Made by a program: the position numbers and the translations under genes. A stretch of 64,000 nucleotides of DNA. Origin: Parasitella parasitica NRRL 2501 (lineage: Eukaryota > Fungi > Mucoromycota). The DNA is taken from contig MU619250.1 in assembly GCA_025201805.1 (NCBI GenBank), forward strand, positions 293,179 through 357,178, in the 5' to 3' direction. Shown one piece after another: positions 52,399 through 64,000 of the stretch (its first letter is position 1; every line of letters begins with the position of its first letter). The notes under the pieces are model-generated. The model was not told the DNA's origin. It did no database searches and saw only the letters and a program-made list of their open reading frames with translations.

Positions 52399-54630
52399 AT
52401 GATTAGTAAAATAGCATTGCTATCTATATTTTTGTTGCTATGGTTACGCTGGCTTACTGCAACGTTGCCTGGTTACATTCATCCTGATGAATTCTTTCAA
52501 AATCCTGAGATTACAAGCGCCAAAATTTTTAATATTCAAACACTGACACCTTGGGAGTATGAACCAGAACATGCTTCTCGATCAATTCTTTCGCCGTAAC
52601 TATCAAACATACAACCATACTCATATATATACAAAATTGTAAGCTATTTCAATTCATTAGTTTCTTGACCACTGGCATTCCGTTTTATATTTTGAAGTCT
52701 TGGTTACCTAAAGATACACGTAATGACAAAAGTCCAATTTCAATAACCAAAATTGAATTAATATTTTGTTACAAAGTGCCATCATCCACGGCACTTTTTA
52801 TAACAGAGCGGTTAGGTGCCTTTGTTTGGTCGCTTTTTATAGGTTTGTTTATGGTATATCTGCGATCTAAGCAAGTAGTAGTTACTCATGCAAGCATTAG
52901 ATTTATGCGTGTATAGAATCTGCAAGCGTATCGGTACAAAGCCCATAGCTCCAATGCTCTTGATCGCTACGAGTCAAGTTACACTAGCTTATAACACTCG
53001 TTCTTTTTCCAATTCATTTGAAGGTGTTCTAATTTGCTTATGCTTGTACACTTACGTTAATTATGCAGACGAGGTTTAGTTTTCTTTTTCACCCTTTGTG
53101 ATTGTATTAACATTTGTTCTTCAGGCAAATGCCAAATTAGCCTTCTTTTTGGGCGCTTTGTTTAGCGTAGGCGTATTTACCAGAATTACATTTCCTCTTT
53201 ATGCTTTCCCCATTGGTGTTGCTTTCATCTATCAAGCTTATAAACAGTAAGTTATATTCATCTTGTTAGCAATAGTTACTGACCTGTCAAAATTATCAGG
53301 AGTGGTGGCTTTAGTCAATTTACAACCTCTGTTTTTCCATTGATATTAGGTGTTATTTCGTTTGCTGTTTTTGCCATTGCGGCTGACTCTGTATACTATG
53401 GTAAACTCTCTTTTACTGTTGATGGACACCCTTTCAGAGATGTTGGGCATGTAATTTCGACTCTATTTGATCCTACGACATTGGCAACTATCCGTGCCAG
53501 CGGTGACATCGTGATGACACCATTAAATAACTTGTTGTATAATACGAATGTAGAAAATCTAGCACTACATGGTCTTCATCCTCGTTACACGCACTTTGCA
53601 ATCAATTTGCCATTGCTGTTTGGCCCATTAGCTGTATTTGGATTCTTGTACATACCGCATGTCTTTGCCAAGGTGCGAAATGATAATAATATACATTTTC
53701 TCTATGGTAGGAAAATACATGATCATAATGCATTGAAAGTTGACTTGCTCTCTAGTTCTCGTAGGTGTTGTATTGTCTGGATTGATTGGACTTTCCATCA
53801 TACCTCATCAAGAAGCTAGATTTTTGTGTCCATTGCTTGCTCCATTAGTCCTGATTTATACGTGGAAACAGGTTCGATTACCTGCTTCTTTTTGGATTGT
53901 TTGGCTACTTTTCAATGTAATTACTACGTATGTTTTTGGCGTTGTTCACCAAGGCGGTATAGTGCCTGCTATGAGTTTTTTACAGCGTCAAACTACAGGC
54001 ATCCACGATTGCCATGTTCTTGATAATGGTGGTTTGACTTGTACAGTTGGTCCAAACAGTGAGTATATATGCTTTAAAAAAACACCCCTGATGTTCGGTA
54101 TTTATTGAGTCTTTACATCTAGATGTCACTGACACTAATGGCTTCAATGTCACGACAAACGTTGTTTTTTATAAAACATATATGCCACCAAGACATCTAC
54201 TGGTAGATTCTATGGAGAACCGAAATGCCCATGTCAATATTTTTGATTTCTCTAGCCGTTTAGAAGAAGCAGTAGCAAAGCTGGAAAAGAGCCCAGGCGT
54301 TGTTCTTCGTAAACACCAGTCTGGAAAACCAGAGATTGATTTTGCCAAGACAGACATTCCCTTCGCATTTGAGAGGTAAAAAAAAAAGTTTATAATGCCC
54401 AGTTCCTAGCACTAATTTTCATGAAAAGGACGATATTTATCTTGCCAAGTTTTGTTTCGTTACCTAAAGTGGAAAACCATCGTTATTTAATGATGGCATC
54501 GTATAGTCCGCACATAGGCTTTGATGATATGGATAAAATGATGGAGAGAGCGTCAGAAATGAAGTCGCCTGAAAGCCAAATGAGCCTCAATGTATTTTTA
54601 ATCCTCTCAGACAAGGATGATCGCAAATGA
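52399..54630 (+). CDS. SMP3: GPI mannosyltransferase 4 (SMP3/PIG-Z, GT22), multi-exon
   Basis: [64 protein letters not shown]. Confidence 0.9.
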
Positions 54631-54809
54631 TAGCATACTTCTATAGATCAAAGCATGATAATAATAAAAGTGGCACACAGGTCTACCCGTTGGGCAGGAT
54701 TTATTGATTTTACCAAACATTTGGATACCGAAACCCATACACCTAAAAAGTGATCGCGTTGAAAAATTCGCTCCTCTTTTTATCTTTTTTGATTTAAATA
54801 GAATTCAAC

Positions 54810-57629
54810 ATGACAGAGTGGGAGGCAGTGAAAAAGCCTAAGCTTGATAACAGCTCGGCATCGCCATTCAACTCTCAACCACTTTCGTTCAGTAGATATT
54901 TGTCCAATTCATTTCAACACAGTCAGAAGCACCCAATACTATCAGATAGCAAACTTGTTGTCTATGATTTAAAAGGTATATCTCAAAATGCAAGGATTCT
55001 TTTTCAAATTACACATGACTGACAGTTTCATCAAGTGGATAGACCTGATTTACCAGAGGAATACGAAGAAATAGCCTGGAATAGACTGAAAGTTGCTATT
55101 CACGCAATTCAGAAAAATGAACCTAATGTAGAAAGTCTTGAAGTTCTGTACCAGGTATCGTTTACATAATCACTTTTGATTTACTAATTTGATCCATTCG
55201 TAACACTTGTTTGTTTCTTGAATAGCTTTGTGAGAATTTGTGTCAGTATGATAAAGCAGAGAAGTTGTATAAACAGCTGTATGAGGAATGCCGTCAGTAT
55301 ATCGAGATTCGATTTAAAGAACTTGCCAGGTAACCCAGTATCGCATAGAGGATCAAAAGCTTGTATTGAAGTTTGTACTCTTTTAGCAATACAAAGGAGG
55401 GACAAGAGTATTTGCACGATGTATATTTACTTTGGAAAAGCTATTGCAAACAAATGGTAAATGCCAAGAGGGTCACTGTTTTATAAATACATATGTATCA
55501 TTAGCACACTTGGCTGACTCACTCTATGCCGTTACAGTCTCAAATTCGATGTTTATTCCTGTACCTTGATCGCACTTATATAGCATCAACCACCAAAACA
55601 GGTTCCATGTGGAATATGGCAATGGACCTATTCAGAGAAAACTTTAATCGATACGATACGGTGTGGCAGAAAGTTTTGGACAGCATTTTAGATATGATCA
55701 AAAGGGAAAGAATTGGCGAAACGGTGGATGAACTGTTTTTGCAGAGCAATATTCGCATGTTGATGGATTTAAGTCTATACCACTCTTCGTTTGAACAGCA
55801 GTTTCTGGTACAAACACAACAATTTTACAGCCAAGAAGGAGACAAATTAATGAAGTCCATCAATATCTTTGATTATCTGGAACATGTTGCCACAAGAGTC
55901 CATCAAGAATCTATATTGCGTGTGAAGAACTACTTTGATAAATCGACGAAAGGAAGACTCCAGTCTATTGTAGAAAAGGAGTTGCTGACAAAACGAGTGG
56001 AAAGTATACTAAGCGAATGTAAGTGAATTTGATAATGGTGATGAATACTGTGTTGTTTATGATTTGAATAAATTAGGCTTTGATTACTTTCAGAGTGTCG
56101 ATCTGTTTCAAGATGGCGATTACGACAAGTTCTCGTTGCTTTATAGGCTACTGCAGAAAGTTGACAAACTCGAAATCTGTGCCAAGTACTTTACAGCCTA
56201 CGTCAAGGCGAAAGGATCGTCGATCTTGCGTGGCAGAACTAGCGTTCAAGACAAGATTAATATGATATCAGCATTTGATACGCAGAATGATGAAGTAGTT
56301 GATCACAGTTTTGAAGGCGATGAGCAATTTGTGGACGGATTAAAAGATGGAACAGACAACTTTATCAATATGCGAGAAAACAACACTATCAAGCTATTAG
56401 CCAAATACGCAGATAAAGTACTGCGAAATCCAGCAGTTGATGACAGCCTGTTGGAGAAAGCCATGTTTATATTTAGACATCTGCAAGGGAAAGACGAATT
56501 CGAAGTGCTATATAAACGAGATTTGGCAAAAAGGCTTTTGCTCAATGTTACGCATAAACATGCTGAAAAAATGATGCTCTCTAAAATGAAGATTGAATGC
56601 GGTGCAAGCTACATTGGAAAAATGGAGGGTATGGTCAAGGATATCGAAAAATCAGGCGAGTTAATGAAGGAATTCCGTGTAGGCAGAACAACAAATGTAT
56701 AATTCAGCAACATGGTAACACTCTATCATAGGAATATAACATGGATATACAGCCTCCACTCAATATCTATGTCAATTTACTTACATACGGATTCTGGCCC
56801 TCTTATATACCAGTCAATGTCAATCTACCACCCGAATTTCATCGAGCACAAGAGCTATACGACACTTTTTATCAAACTAAATTCGAAAAGCGAGTATTGA
56901 CGTGGCAAAACTCACTAAGTGTATGTGATATTGAGGCCAATTATCCTCTCGGCACCAAGAAAATTACTCTCACCTTACTGCAAACTATCGTTTTGTTACT
57001 ATTCAATGCTACAGCAACACAGTCGTATTCATTCACAGATATTTTGAACTACAGTCAATTAGGTAAGCTTTTTTTAGTGTTACTACATAAATGGAATCAT
57101 CTCTAAGCTTTATGGACTAGATGAGCTGGAGCTCCGTCGTACACTTGTATCTCTATCATGTCGAGAGTACAAACTTCTACGAAAATACCCTCAAGGGGAC
57201 GACATAAAGCCAACTGATGAATTTTCATTCAATCACGAGTTTTATACCGACAAGGATCAGTTGTCTATGACAACTGCTACATTGAGCGAAGTGATTGAAA
57301 AGAATTCCAGACTAGACACTACTGTTTTATTCGCTAAAGATCAACAAATTGATGCAGTCATTGTTAGAATCATGAAATCAAGAACTACTGCTAGTCATGG
57401 ATTTTTGCTTAACGAGGTTACAGGTGTAGTTAGGTTTCCTGTCACTGTAAGTCTTTTCTCTTCTTTTTTTTTTTTTTTTTTTGTATAGGCTCAGCAGATC
57501 AAGAAGCGAATTGAAGTCTTGATTGACAAGTAAATATGTTTTTTTTTCTTTGCTCAAAGTGCTAACTTTTTTTTTTGTAGGGAATACTTGGAGCGAGGAT
57601 CTGATGATAGCTATACATATATGGCTTGA
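54810..57629 (+). CDS. CUL4: Cullin, divergent CUL4-like, multi-exon
   Basis: AWNRLKVAIHAIQ..SLEVLYQLCENLC, FLYLDRTY, QGKDEFEVLYKRDLAKRLL, ECGASYIGKMEGMVKD, neddylation motif IDAVIVRIMK, IKKRIEVLIDKEYLER. Confidence 0.85.
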
Positions 57630-57763
57630 TTTTATACAAACTTTTATTTGAATACATAAAAGTTTTTTTATTACATAAGATTTTCCATAAAAGAGCGGAA
57701 TTTTAACGCTTCAAGGCCAGGAGAAAAGAAACAAGAAAAGTGAGGAAGGGCCAGCATCTTGCT

Positions 57764-57800
<37 letters not shown>

Positions 57801-57875
57801 TAAAACTACTTTTCATTGATCCTTAATACAAGCAAATAAATTCCGAAAGCTCAATTATAAAACCATCGAGAAAAC

Positions 57876-60800
57876 ATGTCGCAAGAACCCAGTACATCGG
57901 CTGATGGTTCATACAACAACTCATTGACAGAAACAAGAAACTCCTTTGAAAACGAGGTATGGAAACAATGGCTCGGCAGGCTATGAATGAAGTTTAAAAT
58001 GTTATGTGTATAGTTTAATGTTCTGCGTTCTGCCATCCAGTCAGGAAATTTTGAAAAGGCCATCCAAAGTTTTGTATTGCTGTAAATGTCGTATATAAAA
58101 ATATATGTGCGTGCGTTTGTTTACCTTTCTAACTGAACCTCGCACTCTTCTTCTATAGTCATTCAAACAGTCTGAAAAACCCAACGTTCCAATCGTATCT
58201 AATTCAGGTTGCCGAAAATATTGATCCAGCCAAAGATACAGATGCTAGTAGTACGCGTTTATTAGATCCTTAACAACAGCAACGAGCATCTAACCTTTGA
58301 TTTTTTCAAGGATTTTTTGGGTCTCTTCCATGCTTGCTGCAGTCGAATATTATAGATTTTGCGACAGGTAAAAGCATGGCCATTAATATGACATTTCTTA
58401 TAGCTAACAACTATATAGAGCGTTTGAAGGAAAAGGAATCCATGCGTGCATTTGTTATACTGTTCGACTACATTCAAGCATTTCCCCGCCATGCTTATAA
58501 ATACTTGGTAAGTGAAATCCTGCAATGATGCCAATACGCCAACTAACCGCAAAGACAACAACAATAAAAAGATCAGCGCTATTAATCTACTGATTATTTG
58601 TGCTCAAGAATCAACCGAAGAGGAAAAAAAGAAATGTATCAGTTTATTAGGTAATCTATTTTTATTTTTATTTATTTTTCTCATCGAGCCACAAGCCTTC
58701 TAATCATGGTAAAGTTACCGAGTTATTTCCTCGTCTATGCAAGCAGAGATTGCTCCTCGTGAGAAAGGACAAGGTACCATCCATCAAGTCAACAGAGAGT
58801 AAGCATTACATCACGCTGCCGCATATTCTGTTTGAGCAGTTCTTGCTGCTGGGCCAGAGATACTACATCAAAAAGCATCGATGGGAAGAATCGACCAAGT
58901 TTACATGCGCCATGTTATCTGCATGCGGGTTAGTGGTTGTAATAACATGATTTTTATAGTTTTTTAACACATATAAAAAACAAACTAGTTACAATGGTTT
59001 GGATCAGTTGGATTCTGTGTCGCATATAATCCGATTTCAATTTTTGAAGGAGCATAGAGCAAGCGTTCGAATCGACGAAGATAATGAAAATGGAGACATG
59101 CATTCCTTACCGACCACCGATGATCTGTCAATTGTATCTACATTGATGTGCGAGTTTATGGTAGCCGCATCACAGTTTGTTCAGTTTGGATACGATTACT
59201 ATAGATATGTTTGTGGGACTGACAGCGCAGCCAGTTCAGCCGAAGAAAAGACTTGCTTGATCCCGGTTTGTTCATTTCAGCCAAACGACAATTTGGCCAG
59301 TCATAGACTGGGCCAAAAACGCACATATTTGTCTAAACAGGCCAATACACCCGATAGGAACACCCTAAATTTCTCTGACGACCTCCAGCTGTTAAGAAGA
59401 AATGATAAACGCCTGAAATTGGATGACGGATCAAATTGTTCTGCAGCAGATGAGAATGAATACGATGAAGAAGACGACCGTTCATTGGGTCTAGATTCCT
59501 ACTGTGTACAGGGTGTGGATGAGGCGCTGCAAATACTGAGTAAAGCAGCCGATTGTCTAAGACATGTAGTTGAATTATGGCAATGGGCTGTTGGCAAGAT
59601 ATCGCAAAAATCTATCATTAAACATTTGGGAGGATGGGAACAAGGTAAGTGGCGTTGATTTGGCGCACGTGTGAAAAACGTCATATTAACATGGCTATTC
59701 ATTCAGAACTGTGTCGGGTCATCGATGGCTACAAACTGCCCTTTGATATGCATAATGCTGTTCTGCTGGTTAGAAGTGATTTAGCATTGTCCTCGCCCTC
59801 TGTTCCTGGAAATTTAGCCAAAGCATTAGAGTTATCACAGAGCATTTGCGATCGAATCGAAGTGCAACGCAGACAAGAAAAGACTGACTACGGTCGAACA
59901 TCGACGGAAATGGATATTCCGTTTATGTTTGCGTTTCGCGTTTTATATAACATTGGAGTTATATATTTGCTTGTGGGCAGCCTTGAGGTACATTCTCGAA
60001 TAATGTTGTGTATAGAAGAGGGAAAGATAGCTAATATACATGTGCGATTGACTTAGCAATCTACGTTGGAAATTGCTATTATTTTATCCGTATTTCCCAT
60101 ACCAAATGGATTAGATACCAAAGACTTCAATGCTGATGAAACAGATTGCTGTACAGTCGCTAACATTTTTCATGGAAGAGAATTTGGCTTGATGAGAGTA
60201 ACACAAGAAGGTTTGGTTGTGCGGTGTATCAAGCACTTAATCGTGAGCCTCGATAATGAATCTGAGCAACGTGGTGGTATGGCCTCAATTGATTCTGCTT
60301 TGCGTTGGGATGAGAAGGCTGGTAATATGATTGTTTTGATGCAATATGGCTGGCCCTACTGGAGAAACAAGACAAACCTCTGGAATAAAATCATGAATCG
60401 GATCAGTGAAAAACGAGTTTTCAAAAATCGTGAATTCCTAGAATATCTTTACGGTATATAAAAATTTATTCTATTTGAAATGATTTAACGCTCTAATCAT
60501 CTTTTCTTTTGCAGTCTCTGAAGTGCTGCAAGCAATCCGCCATCTTCATTTAATGGGCACTGTTACAATGGACATCATTCCGCCCGAGTTTGCACTACGT
60601 GGAAGTTACCGACATCTAGTTACATCAGGCCCCGAGAATAGTAATTCTGCGCCCTCATCACCGCGACAAACGCCATCATCACCTATAAATGAAGAAAACG
60701 AAGCATTGGATGAAGATGACGACAAGTCGAATAATAGAAATCCAAACACTTTACCCTTATACCATCCATCATTCGCCAATAGCATTTTACCAAGTACATC

Positions 60801-61149
60801 CATGTCTCCTTCGTGGTATTCTGCATCAACACAAAAGAATTCATTTGCAAAATGGATGTCTCCGTCATTTTATTACAGCAGACCTGCCACATCTGTTATT
60901 TTACCTGGCCAAAACCAGGGCAACAGCGATCGAGGTGAGGGGGACGAGGGTGAAAATGGAAGCAATTCAGACCAGGGCTTGAACCCTGTAACCAGTGCAA
61001 AGGGCTCTTTTATCCCCAGAGATATTGTTACTCGTTGTTTAGACTATAGAATCAGGAGATACTCACCGAAAATAACACCACAAAGAATGAGACATGTACT
61101 GCAACGCTTTCTGAAAAATATGGTATTAAAGGCGAATGAAGAGACCTGA
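57876..61149 (+). CDS. INTS10: Integrator complex subunit 10-like protein, multi-exon
   Basis: C-terminal GNMIVLMQYGWP...IMNRISEKRVFKNREFLEYLYVSEVLQAIRHL...MDIIP and RHVLQRFLKN resemble the INTS10 C-terminal domain as I recall it; helical N-terminus. Confidence 0.55.
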
Positions 61150-63453
61150 AAGATACCGCTCAACGTCTTAAATGCATATTTGTACATATATAACTTTCAA
61201 AAAGAATAAAACATATGAAAGACACAATCAAGTAATGTTTGATTTGAAAATGATAAAAAGATTATACATGTTAACGCCCTGTATCGTAATACCATAATGT
61301 ACTAGTATAGTTGGTATTTCTTTTGCTATTTTCAATAAAACAAAAAAAAAAGAGCCAGTTGTTAAGATCTAAACTGGCTCAATTCTCATAGCATGCACCA
61401 AAGGCCGACGTTTGTAGAGGCTTCAATCACACCATCTGTTTGCAAAACATTGCTTGAGTAAGATTGAATCGATAGGTACCACTCTACTTCAAAGCTAGGA
61501 TGAGAATACACGTATGATGAACAAATAAAACTTTTTGATTTACTTTGGCACAAATACATTTAAGAATCAAGTTGGTCCGAAACAAGTTAATAAATCTCAT
61601 TAGTGATCATACAGATAAGCTACTATTTCGATAATATGTAATAAGTACAACCATCTTTTTGTACTAGTAATAGCTTTGAAATTGATGCTACGAACATTTC
61701 CAGGTGGAATGAAATGATACCTTTTATTGTTAAATCGAATTCCACGATTTGAGCCTAAATAGAACAAGCATAATAAAATTCAGGCACAAAAAGTTAAGCT
61801 AGATATTAAAAGTATCTGTGAGCGATTGCAATCCTGAACAAAGCACATTCTATCATAATTCAAACACTCTTTATATAAGCAATACTTGATTATGCTCAAT
61901 TTCATAATTCAATGACGCATCTGCTAACAAAAGTCGCAGTTGCATTAATTTCTTGATATAAGCAATAGCATCGAATCCTGAAACCTATAGAAAGCTCGAT
62001 TGCTTTCTAAACAAACGACCTGACTACAATATCAAAACAAGGCATCGTAAACTTGGCCATTGTATCTAAATCTCAACTGTTATCCTATGTGAGAGAATGT
62101 CAATAATACACATTCTTCTTTGTACCTGTAAAATAGACAGGCTCACCTGTAACTATTTTACAAATCATATAGATGTAGATCTCTTCAAAGCTAAATTTTC
62201 TCCTTCAGATTTTTTTTAATCGTGTAAAGTGGAAAGACTATAATTGTATTTTCTCGCTATGATTTTCATTATTTTCATTTCTCTTTTCATCATAAAATTA
62301 TTAAATTTTATTCCACCAAGATTATCATAACAAACAAGGTAGTAGAACTGGATTGAATGATGACAATAACAAGGCCTCGAAATCATAAAAGCCAACTATT
62401 TATTATATTTACTGTGTGGTGGAATCGGTTTTATATATGTTATATAGATTCACGGGAAAAAAATAAAAATAAAAGAAAACAATAAATGTCAACTTGATAA
62501 AGGTATAAATTTTATTATCAAATCGACAGGAGTATAAAGCTCTAGTTTATTTACTGGCCAGATAGATGAACCTTCATATACTTAAGCTATGGATTAATGT
62601 TCTTCTACTATTGCAATTTAATGTGCACGACAATTCTAATTAATTAGCATCTTAACTTTGTGCTAACCGACATCTCAGCAGACTAAAGATATTTTGGATC
62701 TACCTGAGTGAGTAGGTAGACTTTACTGGAGGTACCCTGATCAATCGTCCATACGAAGATTATTAATATTAATCCATTAGTATAGTCTTATTTAGTTGAT
62801 ATTAATAGTACATGTCTGAGTGTATACCACTTGATAATCATCTTAGCATATGTCGGTATATGTAGCATGTCTATAGCATATCATGAGCATATCTATAGCA
62901 TTGCACATATTGTACAAGTCTGTAGTACATAATGTATTTGTAGCTAGGATCACGGATATAAATACAAATCTATAGCGTCATCCATCTTAAATGGTGCCAT
63001 CTCTCGCCTGTATCTTCATAGTATAAATCTGTATTGAGCACATCTTACTAACTGTGCAAATATGTAGTCTATCTCAATTTAAGGTAACTGGATGAATCTA
63101 GAAGTGATGTTGAGATCTGCAAGATCGAAAATAAGAAAATTATAAAACAAAACGTTGAATTAACGAGATACGAAAACTTGAGATTACCTTAATTAAAAAT
63201 TCAACTTTGCATCTGCTATTTATACTTTTTACAACTACATAAATTTTTGGTGACTTATATAACATACTAGTCGATACTAATCAATGAGAGTAATTTGCAA
63301 GCAATATCATATCCCTAACAGGGTACGATGTATTATTATACTACAAGACTATTGATCTTTGATCTGACAGCACCTTTTTGTTTGTCAATTATACAGATCT
63401 GTGTTACAGATAACTTTCTTGATTTGAAACGGAGACTTTATTCTCCAATTTAC

Positions 63454-63945
63454 ACAAGCGTATCACATCACATCATTGGACAATCTTCAATCTTCAATTG
63501 AAGTACATTGCCATGATCTCCTGTCTATAACTATGGCAGATCAAATTCCACATATTCGTATCTGACATTTTCCCTAACCAATTGTGTACATAATTTGAAA
63601 GTTGTATCCTATTCAAAAATTGTATAATACATTGTTATAGATCAGTATAAACTGATCATCACATAAAATGAATCTCCGTAAATATTATGAGTATCAACTT
63701 CAAATTACCCCAGAATATTCCACAAAGCTCACAATCACCAAGGCCAGGCTAGCATGGATTTCTGAAGACGTAATCCAATATCAAGAACAAATAGAAGCAA
63801 CTACAGCACTCGTCAAATCTGTCATTGGTTATCTCTTTATGTTGTGAGCAGTCATTGATCTGCCATAATTATAGACAGGAGATCATGGCAATGTACTTCA
63901 ATTGAAGATTGAAGATTGTCCAATGATGTGATGTGATACGCTTGT
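63454..63945. repeat. 91 bp inverted repeat pair (63454-63544 and 63855-63945), one mismatch, 310 bp spacer
   Basis: ACAAGCGTATCACATCACATC...GGCAGATCAA and its reverse complement; no obvious target duplication. Confidence 0.9.
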
Positions 63946-64000
63946 TGTTTTAATATACGAAATAGATATACAATTAAAACTGGATATATTTATTCGTATA

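Noticed and set aside
55155-55225. U12-type intron in the cullin (donor GTATCGTTT)
   Set aside because: Deviates from GTATCCTT and lacks a clear TCCTTAAC branch point

Overview
Gene-dense, intron-rich eukaryotic DNA that looks like an early-diverging fungus (Mucorales-type: 50-100 bp introns, AT-rich spacers). It has three assembly gaps (3576-4420, 36972-37047, 39798-39817). Genes in order: kinesin-1 heavy chain (runs off the left edge), dymeclin, mitochondrial aspartate aminotransferase, FCP1 CTD phosphatase, PMC1 Ca2+-ATPase, NDUFA4-like micro-protein, PRRC2/BAT2-like protein, MFS transporter, ECM33-like GPI protein, Cid1-family nucleotidyltransferase, NAE1/ULA1, hexokinase, UDP-glucose 4-epimerase, importin-7/NMD5, a multi-TM orphan, SS18-like Q-rich protein, SMP3/PIGZ, a divergent cullin-4 and an Integrator subunit 10-like gene. 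The most striking structure is a 1.84 kb TA-flanked foldback element (19174-21010). Its two near-identical 765 bp inverted arms each carry a Tc1/IS630 transposase C-terminus plus the start of an unknown inward-facing ORF. Also present: a 467 bp Tc1-derived MITE, a Helitron relic, a 91 bp inverted repeat in a decayed AT-rich tail, and a possible structured ncRNA near 17 kb. All protein identities come from motif recognition by eye, not database searches, and exon boundaries are approximate.
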